A stretch of 62,082 nucleotides of DNA, the filler included. It is 7 parts of 7 records of this genome, joined end to end, with 100 filler letters (N's around TTAATTAATTAA, not from the genome) between each part and the next. Parts side by side here need not be neighbours in the genome. Positions count along the whole stretch, not along the records: positions 1 to 9,849 come from SRR31147125_1864; positions 9,950 to 26,367 come from SRR31147125_1897; 5 more parts are not named here. One strand, given 5' to 3'. The position numbers and the translations under genes were made by a program. Under the pieces are notes generated by a model. The model was not told the origin of the DNA, did no database searches, and was given only the letters and a program-made list of their open reading frames with translations. Position 1 is the first letter of the stretch. Every line of letters begins with the position of its first letter. Positions 1 through 10,698 of this stretch are shown in pieces.

Positions 1-462
1 AAAAAAACAATGACAAAATGACAAATATAACAAAAAGTAGAGTGCTAAATTTTATTTTTCATATTATCATATATATATCGCATGCTTTTTGAATAACGCC
101 ACGAATAATCGGAGCCTGATTTCCCAAAAGTATATCGTCGTCATGAAGGATACCCAAAATGGAGGGATAAAGGGTGGGAACAAGGAAGGAAGTCGTGTTG
201 TCTGAATCAGGATCATCCGTTTTGCGGGATCTACAGGACATAAGTATCCCTAATTATTCCTGTATTTCCGAAAATACATCCTGATCTAGACAACAGATCG
301 CAACATTGAAACTTTTCCATAGGAGCCTGTTCGACAAAAAAAAGACTCTTGTCCTTTACATTTCGATTATTGCCGAAATAACAAGAATTTGATGAAAGGT
401 GCTTGAGTTACGAGTTTCCCGCATTAATCGACATGGTATCAAGGCCTGCCTCGACAATCTCG

Positions 463-714
463 TTATTGAGGACAACGGAATAAAGCTTTGTTGAAAACAT
501 CATTAAACCCGCTGTTTTTCTCCAAAAATGCATCAGGTTGATTCGTTTCAAATGACAGGGGGGCATTTGACAAAATGAAATTTTTTTCTGCAGAATAGCC
601 CATGGATGCAAATGCAAAATAAAAGACAAGCAATAGGGATAACGTATATACCATCATCAAGGCTACAGTGGATTGCACATCATTGATTGATGTTGAAACG
701 GTCATGACTTTCAT
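463..714 (-). CDS. Small hypothetical membrane/secreted protein
   Basis: Strong RBS AAGGAGG 5 nt before the ATG; hydrophobic segment ALMMVYTLSLLLVFYFAFASMG; family not recognised. Confidence 0.45.
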   Translation of the reverse strand: MKVMTVSTSINDVQSTVALMMVYTLSLLLVFYFAFASMGYSAEKNFILSNAPLSFETNQPDAFLEKNSGFNDVFNKALFRCPQ

Positions 715-767
715 AAGAACCTCCTTTACTGCCGGTCAATAAAGTTAATGGAAAGTTCATATTCTTA

Positions 768-875
768 GGACTCGGCAACTTTTGATTTACCACAGCTCAA
801 CGCCCCCTCTCCATTCATGGAGAGGGTGATGGGGGAGTTTGGTTGTAAGTGGTAAATCAATAAACGCCGACGCCC
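768..875. mobile_element. MITE/REP-like non-autonomous element (108 bp)
   Basis: Imperfect ~27-bp terminal inverted repeats with perfect core TTGATTTACCAC/GTGGTAAATCAA; TTA on both flanks (765-767, 876-878); internal hairpin CCCTCTCCAT-TC-ATGGAGAGGG. Confidence 0.55.
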
Positions 876-1142
876 TTAAGCCATGGTAGACCATCTACCA
901 TAACAAGGGATGAAAGAACTCAAGCGCGGTGTATAAAGTTCTTTACATTTTTTTAATCACGGTGATGACGTGCGTCATTCAACACGGAGTGTCGTCAACG
1001 AAAAAGACAACGAAAAAGAAAGCATGATAAGGATAACTTGCGACGACTCCGAATCAAGAAGCGGTAATGATAGAATCCGGTAAAGCATCATTAGTATAGT
1101 TAAAAATAGCACTCCTATGTCACATTGTACAGAACAAAATGG

Positions 1143-2056
1143 TTATCCCTTGAAGAAAATGGCTTTTATTATGTGACTTGCCATTTTCGGATTCTCTTTC
1201 AACCGTCTTGTGGAGTATCCAAACCACTCTTTGCCGAATGGGATGTAGACCCGCATTTTATGGCCTTTTTCCACAATGGATTGTCGCAGGGCCGGTGTCA
1301 CACCGTAGAGCATCTGGAACTCATATTGATCTTTGGGCACATCATATTTTTCAAGCAGTCGAAAGGCCCCCTCGACCAGGGGTTTGTCATGGGTGGCGAT
1401 GGCGGGGTACATCTTATTTTGAATCATCAGTTCAAGATCATCCAGGTAATGATCATTGATTTCCTGATATTTTTTGTACGCGATCTCTTCGGGTTCCACA
1501 TAAATGCCTTTGCAGAGCCTTAAATTCAGCGGAATTTCTTCGCTGTTGAGATCTTTCATATTCTCAATATCCTGACGGGTACGTTTCAGATAAGCCTGAA
1601 TCACCAACCCGACATTTTCAGGAAATTCTTCCTTTATGTTTCTAAAAAGCTCGATCTCCATATCGGTACAAGGTGAGTCTTCCATGTCAATGCGAACGAA
1701 ATTGTTGAAAGATGCCGCCTTCTCCACGATTTCCCGGATATGTGCAAAGGCCGTCTGTTTGTCTATGAGAAGACCGAATGAGGTGGGCTTTAAACTGTAA
1801 TTGGCATCGACCTCGGCTGATTCGACCGCATCAATGAGGGTGAGATATTCCTGTTTGTTGGCTTCCGCCTCATCCAGGCTTTCGATAAATTCACCTAATA
1901 CATCTATGGTGGTGGAAATCCCTTGTGCATTGAGCGCTTGGGTCGCTTCAACGGCATCACGAATCTCTTCACCGGCAATATATTCTTTCGAAAAATCCAT
2001 ACCAGATTTTTGGGCATATACGGCAACATGTTTGAAATCATTTGATTAATGCACAT
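1143..2056 (-). CDS. Monofunctional proline dehydrogenase (frameshift near 1991-1995)
   Basis: Motifs SLKPT, RIDMED, RLCKGIY, IATHD, EFQMLYG, VYIPFG..WFGYSTRRLKENP. The N-terminal MLPYMPKNLVWIF, preceded by a GGAGG RBS, lies in another frame upstream of a 5-nt homopolymer. Confidence 0.9.
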
Positions 2057-2104
2057 TTTCATCCTCCCTTAATTGATGATGTCGAATAATTGATGATATC
2101 GAAC

Positions 2105-2119
2105 AATGGTTAGACCATT
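2105..2119. promoter_or_regulatory. FadR/GntR-type palindromic operator candidate
   Basis: AATGGT-TAG-ACCATT upstream of the proline dehydrogenase gene; matches the TGGT-N3-ACCA pattern. Confidence 0.45.
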
Positions 2120-2248
2120 ATTATGGTATAATAATAATTCAGTCAAGGCATTTTTTCGTGATCATGTAAATTGACACTGTTCGATCAATAGTGATAATAC
2201 CTTAAAGCCGTTATTGAATTTTACTTTAAGCCGCTGTAAGGACACAAA

Positions 2249-3970
2249 ATGTCAGACAAACAGACTTATGAAGCACTGAAACTGAGAGTCAAACAGCTGG
2301 AACTGGAGCTTGAAGAACGACGTATCACCGCTCAGCGTCTACAACACCGTATAGATAACAAAATCGATACGGTGGCGTACGGTCGGGATATCGGTAATGA
2401 AATCGAATTTCAAAAGGCCCTTGAAGCCAGTGAAAAACGATTTCGTCATCTCATCGAAAATGTCTCTGAAATCTCCATCCAAGGATATGACGAAAATAGA
2501 ATTGTCACATTCTGGAACCGCGCCAGTGAGAAAATTTACGGCTACACTGCTCAGGAAGCCTTGGGCAGAAAACTTGAAGATCTCATTATACCGCCGGTCA
2601 TGAAACAAAATGTCATCACTCGACACGACCGCTGGCTGAACCATGACGAAGCCATTCCAGCCGGCGAACTGACGTTAATCGATAATGAGGGCAATGATGT
2701 TCATGTATTCTCCTCCCACATCATGTATGAAACCGGTAACCGTAAGGAGATGTTCTGCATTGATATCGACCTTTCGCCCATCATCAAGGCGGAAAAAGAG
2801 AAGATGGATCTGCAGGAGCAGCTGATCCACTCCCAGAAAATGGAAGCAGTCGGCACCCTTACCAGCGGCATTGCCCACGATTTTAACAACATTCTTCAGG
2901 TGATCGGCGGATTTACCGACTATTTGACATTGACGAAAAATGGAAATGAGCATCTTACCAACGGCCTTCGGGAAATCAGGAAGGCCACGGATCGTGCCAT
3001 GGATCTGATTCATCGATTGATGAGTTTTACCCGTAAACAGCCGACCACGCAAAAAAGAGCCAATATTAATAATGAGATCAAACGGTTTAAAACCCTCATG
3101 GAAAAAATCATTCCCAAAATGATCTCAATTGAAACGGATCTGCCCGATGACATCATGGATGTCTCCGTCGATCCTGTCCGGATCGTACAGATTATTTTGA
3201 ACCTCGGCACCAATGCCGCAGATGCCATGTCCGACAGTGGCAGCGGCACCATCTCCATCCGGACCGCCAACGTCTTTTTTGAGAAAGAACCTGCCATGGA
3301 ATCCGGCGCAGACCCTCTATCCGGATATTTTGTCGAGCTGTCCGTAACAGACACCGGCCATGGAATCGATCCCGAAACCATGGAAAAAATATATTCACCG
3401 TTTTTTACCACTAAACAGATCGGGAAAGGGACCGGCCTTGGACTTGCTTCGGTTCACGATATTGTAAAAACCCATGGCGGCCTCATTCGCTGCCACAGCC
3501 GGCCGGGTCGGGGGACCACCTTTAATATATACCTTCCTGCCATTTCCCCATTGAAGGAACAAAAGAAAAGTCTGAGACGCACCCAAGTCGTACATGGAAC
3601 GGAAACGATTCTCATGGTGGATGATGAATCGTCGATTATCGACTTTACGGGAAAAGCCCTCAAACTATTCGGCTACACCTTTTGGGCTGCATCCAGTGGA
3701 GAAGAAGCATTGGCCACATTTTCGGAAAAAGGGGATGAGATCGACCTGGTGATTCTGGACATCAATATGCCGGGGATGGGGGGATACAAATGCCTGAAAA
3801 AGTTAAAAGCCATTGATCCGTCATTAAAGGTCGTTATCTCCAGCGGATATTCGGAAAATCCCGTCATAAAAAGCTGCATGGAAAATGGCGCCATGGAATT
3901 TATTAAAAAGCCGTTCAAGATTCCGCAAATGATGTCGTCGCTCAGAAAGATCTTAGACGGCAAGGAATAG
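2249..3970 (+). CDS. Hybrid sensor histidine kinase (PAS-HisKA-HATPase-REC)
   Basis: PAS ([18 protein letters not shown]), H-box [36 protein letters not shown], receiver [10 protein letters not shown]. Confidence 0.93.
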   Translation: MSDKQTYEALKLRVKQLELELEERRITAQRLQHRIDNKIDTVAYGRDIGNEIEFQKALEASEKRFRHLIENVSEISIQGYDENRIVTFWNRASEKIYGYTAQEALGRKLEDLIIPPVMKQNVITRHDRWLNHDEAIPAGELTLIDNEGNDVHVFSSHIMYETGNRKEMFCIDIDLSPIIKAEKEKMDLQEQLIHSQKMEAVGTLTSGIAHDFNNILQVIGGFTDYLTLTKNGNEHLTNGLREIRKATDRAMDLIHRLMSFTRKQPTTQKRANINNEIKRFKTLMEKIIPKMISIETDLPDDIMDVSVDPVRIVQIILNLGTNAADAMSDSGSGTISIRTANVFFEKEPAMESGADPLSGYFVELSVTDTGHGIDPETMEKIYSPFFTTKQIGKGTGLGLASVHDIVKTHGGLIRCHSRPGRGTTFNIYLPAISPLKEQKKSLRRTQVVHGTETILMVDDESSIIDFTGKALKLFGYTFWAASSGEEALATFSEKGDEIDLVILDINMPGMGGYKCLKKLKAIDPSLKVVISSGYSENPVIKSCMENGAMEFIKKPFKIPQMMSSLRKILDGKE

Positions 3971-4195
3971 AGCCGGCTCCCTTTATTTCACTCAGCCTCA
4001 TCCCGGCTCTAGATCTCCCAACACTCTATTTAGATCGTTCCCCTCCAGCCTTTTTCCAATATCGCATGTCCCCACTTCAGATTCAAGGAAATGAGATTAA
4101 TTCTCCACTTGGCCCTTATCTCCACTTGGCTTTTAATGGTTCCTTGTGCCGGGCTGTGTAAGTATCAAAGATGCGATCAACTCAAATTTTATTAT

Positions 4196-4284
4196 TTGGA
4201 TACACTTTAATTATCACTACATTGTATCCAATACAAAATAAAAATTGTTTATCTGTACCCATAAAAAATGAACGAGACTGTATC
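4196..4284 (+). promoter_or_regulatory. Putative MocR-family operator array
   Basis: Perfect inverted repeat TTGGATACA (4196-4204)/TGTATCCAA (4223-4231), plus CTGTAC (4253) and CTGTATC (4278), upstream of the EamA-MocR pair. Confidence 0.5.
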
Positions 4285-4377
4285 TTGTGATTTCAAATAA
4301 TCCGTGTAAGATCCCTCACTATCAGCCATGGCAATCAATTGAAAAAATAATGAAGAAAATAAGGAGCGTATGAAGCA

Positions 4378-5319
4378 ATGAGAAATGTCCTTTTTTACAC
4401 ACTCACGGTCCTGATATGGGGCTCCACATGGATCGGCATCAAATTACAATTGGGAAGTGTCGATCCCATTGTATCTGTAACTTATCGATTTTCACTGGCG
4501 GCAACGCTATTGATGCTGTGGTGCGTCCTCCGGAAACTCAACATGCGTTTTACCCTGAAAGACCATCTCTATATGGCACTCCAGGGCGCATTTTTATTCG
4601 GTCTCAATTACTGGCTCTTTTATGTGGCGGAGCTCTACCTCACCAGCGGACTTGCCGCCGTCATCTTCTCCACCATCCTCATCATGAACATGATCAACGG
4701 TGCGATCTTTTTGAAATCTCCGTTTGATCCCAAGGTCATTGTCGGCGGGATATTGGGATTGGGCGGCATCGTGCTGGTCTTTAAACCGGAACTGAAGGCG
4801 TTTCATTGGGAAGATAAAGCCATGCTCGGCATTTTGATCTCATTTGGTGCCACTTTTCTGGCATCCTTCGGCAATATCATCTCGGCCCGGAATCAGAAAA
4901 ACGGTCTTCCCATCATTCAGACCAATGCCTGGGGAATGACTTACGGGGCGATCTTGATGCTCATCATTACCCTTGTGTCGGGAAAACCGTTTACAGTGGA
5001 TATGTCGCTCAATTACATCGGCGCCCTGATCTATCTGGCCGTATTCGGTTCCATCGTTGCCTTTGGGTGCTATCTGACACTGGTGGGAGAGATCGGCGCG
5101 GACAGGGCCGCCTATGCCACCCTGCTTTTCCCCATTGTGGCACTGATCATCTCAACCATCTGGGAGAATTACCATTGGAGCAGTGAAGCCGTTACCGGCG
5201 TGGCGTTGATTCTGTCGGGAAATCTGTTGATGCTGAAAAAGATATCCATCCAGGGTTTGAAGAAAAAATCGAGCGTTGGGAAAGTGTCCACTGTGACACC
5301 GGGATTTGAAAAGGGATGA
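4378..5319 (+). CDS. EamA/DMT family transporter
   Basis: LIWGSTW motif, about ten hydrophobic segments, YLAVFGSIVAF in the second EamA repeat. Confidence 0.92.
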   Translation: MRNVLFYTLTVLIWGSTWIGIKLQLGSVDPIVSVTYRFSLAATLLMLWCVLRKLNMRFTLKDHLYMALQGAFLFGLNYWLFYVAELYLTSGLAAVIFSTILIMNMINGAIFLKSPFDPKVIVGGILGLGGIVLVFKPELKAFHWEDKAMLGILISFGATFLASFGNIISARNQKNGLPIIQTNAWGMTYGAILMLIITLVSGKPFTVDMSLNYIGALIYLAVFGSIVAFGCYLTLVGEIGADRAAYATLLFPIVALIISTIWENYHWSSEAVTGVALILSGNLLMLKKISIQGLKKKSSVGKVSTVTPGFEKG

Positions 5320-6746
5320 AGAAAACACCCCTTTATGAAAATGTTGCCGGAAAAATCATAGGCCTGGTGGATGAGGGCACGTTTCATCCCGGCGAGCGTA
5401 TCCCATCCATCCGGGCGTTGAGCCGACAGCTCAATGTGAGCATCAATACCGTAAAGATGGCCTACGGGTTTCTTGAGGATCGCCGAATCATCGAAGCGCG
5501 GCCCCAGTCCGGCTATTATGTCTGTCCCAGCCTGCCTGAAATTCCCGAAGAACCGGAAGAGGCGTTTGAGAAACAGCTCATGAACCCTGCTGAAATCACG
5601 GATAGTGAGGTGGTGCTCCGGGTCATGGGGGATATCATGAATCCCGATCTGATCCAGTTCGGGGCGGCCGTTCCCGCCCCGGAGCTGATCCCGGCAAAGA
5701 AGTTGAATCGCATGCTGGCATCGGAAAACAGACGATTTCCCGAAGAGAGCACCGGATACGCCATGACGCCGGGAAACAAGCGTCTCAGAACCCAGATTGC
5801 AAAACGGATGATGCAGGCGGGCTGTACCCTCACTCCCGATGATATCATCATCACCAATGGTGCCGGGGAGGCGGTGTACCTGGCACTCAGCACCCTTTGC
5901 ACCCCCGGTGACACACTGATCATCGGTACGCCCATCTACTTCAATTTCCTGCAGATGATTCGAACCCTGGGGCTAAAAGTGCTGGAGATTCCCATGTCTC
6001 CAAGGGAGGGAATTAACATTTCCGCCCTTGAATCCGCCCTTGAGCAACACCCCGTTGCGGCTTGTCTCATTCTTTCCAACTTCAATAATCCCTTGGGGAA
6101 CTGCATGCCGGATGACTCAAAACAAGCGCTTCTTCAGCGTCTTAAAAAAGCCGGCATCCCCCTGATCGAGGATGATATCAACGGAGATATCTCCTTTGAT
6201 TCCCGGCGGCCGACCATGATCAAATCCTGGGATGAAGACGGCGATGTCCTGTTATGCGCATCCTTTTCCAAAAGCATCGCTCCGGGATATCGGGTGGGGT
6301 GGATCGCTCCGGGGCGTCATTACCAAGCGATCAAATACCGGAAAATGGTCAGTACCATTGCAACGCCCTCCCCCACCCAGCTTGCCATGGCGGAGTTTCT
6401 CATCAGCGGCGGGTATGACCACCATCTTCGCACCATTCGAAAAGCTTACGCCCGAAAGGTGCTTCAAATGTCCGATGCCGTTGCCCATCACTTCCCAAAA
6501 GGCACGCGGATCACCCGCCCTTCCGGCGGATTCACTCTCTGGATCGAACTTCCGGAGTCAGTGGACAGCCTGCAGCTGTATGGGTTGGCCCATCGACAAG
6601 GGATCTCCATTGCTCCGGGAGCCATCTTCTCCACCACGGATCAATTCAGACACTATATCCGGCTTAATGCCGCCGTCTGGTCAGATGCCACAAAGTGGGC
6701 GGTTAAATCCCTTGGAAAGATGGTATTTGAGTTGACCGGGAGATGA
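5316..6746 (+). CDS. MocR/GabR-family PLP-dependent GntR regulator
   Basis: N-terminal wHTH (PSIRALSRQLNVSINTV..AY, RPQSGYYV) plus aminotransferase-like domain (NFNNPLG, IEDD, SFSKSIAPGYRVGW); ATGA overlap with the EamA gene. Confidence 0.95.
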   Translation: MKKTPLYENVAGKIIGLVDEGTFHPGERIPSIRALSRQLNVSINTVKMAYGFLEDRRIIEARPQSGYYVCPSLPEIPEEPEEAFEKQLMNPAEITDSEVVLRVMGDIMNPDLIQFGAAVPAPELIPAKKLNRMLASENRRFPEESTGYAMTPGNKRLRTQIAKRMMQAGCTLTPDDIIITNGAGEAVYLALSTLCTPGDTLIIGTPIYFNFLQMIRTLGLKVLEIPMSPREGINISALESALEQHPVAACLILSNFNNPLGNCMPDDSKQALLQRLKKAGIPLIEDDINGDISFDSRRPTMIKSWDEDGDVLLCASFSKSIAPGYRVGWIAPGRHYQAIKYRKMVSTIATPSPTQLAMAEFLISGGYDHHLRTIRKAYARKVLQMSDAVAHHFPKGTRITRPSGGFTLWIELPESVDSLQLYGLAHRQGISIAPGAIFSTTDQFRHYIRLNAAVWSDATKWAVKSLGKMVFELTGR

Positions 6747-7248
6747 TGTCGAGGGCTTTTCGAGAATCATCCGGGTCCTTGATATCCATCAGAATCTTTT
6801 TCACCTCCCCGTTTTTCATCATGGCAATCAGATCCCGGCTGCCGTATTCCTTGGAGTCGGATCGACGCTCTTCAATGCGAAGAAACCGGATATCGTCCTG
6901 GGCAAGTGAGCTGTTTCCTCTCCAGCAAGGAAGCGGTCCATTCCAGACCTTCACCTCCGAAGCATTGAGCTCGACCGTGGTTCGATTGAATTTACACAGC
7001 AGGACCCAATAACCGGGCACCAGAACCATCATGATGAAAAGGACCAATGCAAACAAATTTTGTGGAAAAATCAACTCCCCTCTGACAAGGGCAATCAGCT
7101 CAGGATGGTATATGACGGTGCTGAGCAGCACCCAGATAGACAGAAAGATACATCCCATTCGATGGTAGGGGGCGTACCATTGGTAAGTGAGTTCCAAACT
7201 GTCTGCTGCTTTTTTATAATCTTGTTTCAATCCCATGTGACTTCTCAA
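6703..7248 (-). CDS. Hypothetical two-TM membrane protein
   Basis: 181-aa ORF with two hydrophobic helices then a soluble domain; convergent overlap with the MocR 3' end. Confidence 0.6.
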   Translation of the reverse strand: MRSHMGLKQDYKKAADSLELTYQWYAPYHRMGCIFLSIWVLLSTVIYHPELIALVRGELIFPQNLFALVLFIMMVLVPGYWVLLCKFNRTTVELNASEVKVWNGPLPCWRGNSSLAQDDIRFLRIEERRSDSKEYGSRDLIAMMKNGEVKKILMDIKDPDDSRKALDIISRSTQIPSFQGI

Positions 7249-7530
7249 TTTTTTAAGGTTGACGTTCGGAAATCCTTGCTGCCATGCCCTTCACTCTCCA
7301 TGTAAAGATGGTGAAAAGAGGCGCATGGGCGATTCTTTTTCCCATGTCAAGTTGCATCGCCATTGCCATCCAAATAACCGGTGTGCAATGGAATTGATTC
7401 CCCTCATACGTATTCATCTATAGATCATACCGTACGACCTATTAATAGTCGTACCAATACAATCCGATAAAAAATTGGGATATTTACCACAACAGACCAT
7501 TTTTGTCTACCTTAAAATAAAATCAATACG

Positions 7531-9508
7531 TTACTCATCCGTAATCCGGATGTTTTTCATATCCCGGTACCCTGCAGGCGGTTCATATGTCCAATCATTG
7601 GTTTGGATAATCTTCTCTCCATTGGTGAAGTTTCGTTCGTATCCCATATCAATGAGATACCGTGCCCCGGTTTCCGTATCTTCGTATTTATCCCGCCCCA
7701 TGAGCGTGTTATGCTCATGCTCTTGAATCACTGAGCGGGTGTTGTTTCGATTGGCCACAATCTCGTTATCGATTCGATTGATCTCCTGCTGCACCTGCTG
7801 CATTTTTTTAGCGATTTTCCGATCCATCTCCCGTATCTTTTCCTGTGTTGCAACCACCCCTTTTGTGCACTTGTCAAATTGTGCCGATGCATTGGCAAGC
7901 CAGGTTGAATCCATTCGAAAGGAGGTGATCACCGCTTTGAGAATGGGTGCCAGCGCTTCCGCCTTGTCCAACGGGGCACCGGCCACCACCGTAAAATCGG
8001 GCATCCAGATGGTGCTGGAATAGACCGTTACACTGGTAATCAGTGAGGTCCACAACTCTTTAAATCGAATGCCGTTTCGCTGGAATGTCACTTCTACGGA
8101 CTGTGCGACAACCTGTGGCCGGACCTGGTCTTCGGCATGAAATGCGTTGTTCCATGCTGCGGCCAGATCGTCCAAGGATTTAACCGTTCCCCATTGGACA
8201 TTTTGAACATCCCGTCGCTCCGATGGAAACACCACCTGCCGAACGTATTGAGCAGGGGTCAACAGCGCCGGCATCTGAACCATACCATTTAACACCTGAC
8301 CGGCGGGAATATTGATGATGGAAGTGCCCGGCGCGGACGTGGCGTACATCTCCGTTGGAAAATAGGTAATGGAGGCGTTTGATGACGGATCAAAGATGGC
8401 AAAGTGGAGCTTTTTACCACATCCGTCCACTACCGTACGAATTTGATCGGGTGCTGTTTTCATGATGCCGCCCTGAACTTGCCAGCCATCAGGGATCATC
8501 ACCGTAAACGCCTTTTCAGTCGTATCCTGATAGAGGTGATACCGATAAACAGGGCCCCCGCCCCCTTTTCCTTTTTGGAAAGACGTTCCCCCAGTCACCT
8601 GACTTTCTTTGCCGGATGCATGACCGGCAGATGATGTCGCCATAGAGAGAATGGCGTTTGACGGCTTTGCAATCTGAAGGTAGGTGCCCTTTGCATGGAC
8701 TTGAAAGCCGATGGATTGACCATACTGGTTCTGAGTCATTCCGGAACCGGACAACACTCCATCGAATTTCACCATGAAGGGGATTTTCAAAACAAGGGGT
8801 AGGTCAATGGAGACATCCGCATTGAAATCCATGACAAGATGCCCCAAATCCACTTTTGTCTGGAGTTTTCCCCGGATCAGTGCCGTCGTCAGTTGCGTGG
8901 AGGGTTCCTGTTGGATATCTTCCACAGCAAGATCAATTCTCCCGCCAAGCGCATCGATCAGAGAGATCCTGGCGGTCAGTTCATTTCCGCCATAGGACCA
9001 CCGTTGCCCTTTTCGTAATTCCCCTTGCGGCCAGAGCTTTGGAATCACAGGGGGAAAACGCGGAAACCATCTCTTCATCCCATATTTCCCGTCCGCTATT
9101 TCCATCATACAACGTGGAGCCATACGGCGTATGGGAAACTCGAAAACGGCTGCCGGGCGGAATAATCTCTTGTCTCATCATTTGGCCGCTTCCGGCATCG
9201 AGACGGCTGAATTCGGCGGTTTCAATGGTTCGATCGACCTCTTGAACGGAAACACCGTCTGTTTTTGTCACTTGATCCTTGAATTCAATCTTCTGAAAAA
9301 TTCGGAAAGGGGCCTGGTAGCCGTTTTGATACCTCTCGGTTCCATCCATGCCCACGGATCGCGTGACCTCCATACGCCACCCGGAGGTAACAGGAACTTT
9401 TGAAAATCCGGTTTGTACCCCCAAAACCGTTTCACAGCTCATGATGAGTAAAAATGACAATAATAATTGCATTTCAAAGCGTTTCATCAGATCTTCTCCT
9501 AAATCCAT
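7531..9508 (-). CDS. Secreted two-domain hypothetical protein (split by frameshift near 9050-9058)
   Basis: ORF 8981..9508 has a signal peptide and joins ORF 7531..9123 at the G5/A4 run, giving ...VSAFSPVIPKLWPQG...; Gly-rich linker and C-terminal coiled coil. Confidence 0.65.
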
Positions 9509-9668
9509 TTATTCGGTTAAAATCACACCGATTGTATCATAAACTGATGATTTTTCGGATTTTTTTCCATGTCAATCAATTTTTTTGAAAAAAACTTGAC
9601 CAATGCATCAGAATTAAGGAAACAAGAATTTTATGAAAATTGATAATCCAAAAGGGAAAAAAATGATA

Positions 9669-9849
9669 ATGAACAACTTATTGAGTGACATCCAAGAGAT
9701 TACACTGATGGGTCCCGGCCCTTCCTGCGTGAATGCCTCTGTACTGAAGGCCATGTCCAAAAGCACCATCGGTCATCTGGATCCGGCGTTTATCACCATC
9801 ATGGACACCATGAAAGAACAGCTAAAAACCCTGCTCAACACCCAAAATG
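9669..9849 (+). CDS. Class V (alanine-glyoxylate-like) aminotransferase, 5' fragment at contig end
   Basis: LMGPGPS...VLKAMS...IGHLDPAF signature. Confidence 0.85.
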
Positions 9850-9949
9850 NNNNNNNNNNNNNNNNNNNNNNNNNNNNNNNNNNNNNNNNNNNNTTAATTA
9901 ATTAANNNNNNNNNNNNNNNNNNNNNNNNNNNNNNNNNNNNNNNNNNNN
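9850..9949. other. Artificial contig linker
   Basis: N44-TTAATTAATTAA-N44, with stops in all six frames. Confidence 0.99.
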
Positions 9950-9954
9950 GTTAT

Positions 9955-10353
9955 ATGGAAGTAGCTGATCGGTTATTTGTGGAATTGAACTCTCAAGAAA
10001 ATATAGATGCCCGACGCCACATTTTTCTTAATCTTGATAAAGACCCTGAAAAAGGAATGAAGAATTTGGAACCCGAAGACCAAGCTGCTATTAAAAAAGT
10101 CCTCAATTCTTTAGATAGAGTCGCTTTTCTCACTCAGCCCGGATGGATTCCGGAAGATGTTGTGATGCCATGGATGCATCCAATGATTGCAAAATCCTGG
10201 GAAAAGTTGAAACCTTATGTATTACACGAAAGAAAAATAAGAAATGAGCCTTATTATTATGAATATGCATTTAAACTAGCTATGAGATGCCAGGCCTGGC
10301 GGAAGAAGAATTTAAAAAGTACGGATATTAAATGGATTAAGAATGCCTTGTAA
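9955..10353 (+). CDS. Hypothetical protein, DUF4760-like, 5'-truncated
   Basis: Pattern LNSLDRVAFL...W.KLKPYV..ER.....YYEY resembles DUF4760 proteins; begins at the contig edge. Confidence 0.55.
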   Translation: MEVADRLFVELNSQENIDARRHIFLNLDKDPEKGMKNLEPEDQAAIKKVLNSLDRVAFLTQPGWIPEDVVMPWMHPMIAKSWEKLKPYVLHERKIRNEPYYYEYAFKLAMRCQAWRKKNLKSTDIKWIKNAL

Positions 10354-10521
10354 TTTCTATTAAAATGATTTATACCCTGTAATATTCATTTAATTTTGCT
10401 ATATATGTTCTTAAAGGATCAAATGAAAACAACTAGTAGTAAATAAAACCGCTGATCCCGAAAGTATTCCTGTAAAGGATCCCACCCTTGAATTAATCAT
10501 CTGAAGCAAATATAATCTATA

Positions 10522-10674
10522 AATGATCGATAACGATCGATAATGAAATGTTGTGTGGGAATGTGTTTTGTATCTGGTGTAAAGGCATTTATTAAAGCAA
10601 AAAATATTAAAATTGTTGACATTTTAAAGGATATTAAATATATTGCATTAACAAAGTGATCGATAATGATCGTT
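10522..10674 (+). promoter_or_regulatory. Sigma70 promoter with two tandem-repeat DeoR-type operators
   Basis: TTGACA (10616-10621)-17 nt-TATATT (10639-10644); 10-bp-period repeats AATGATCGAT AACGATCGAT AATGA (10522-10546) and AGTGATCGAT AATGATCGTT (10655-10674). Confidence 0.7.
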
Positions 10675-10698
10675 TGTGAATCTAATGGAAGCCGAATA

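Noticed and set aside
59-629. Short ORFs 59..241 and 408..629
   Set aside because: No RBS or recognisable motif. 408..629 could be a frameshifted tail of 463..714, but this cannot be supported.
7432-7454. Hairpin GTACGAC...GTCGTAC downstream of the secreted protein gene
   Set aside because: No clear U-tract; not enough to call a terminator.
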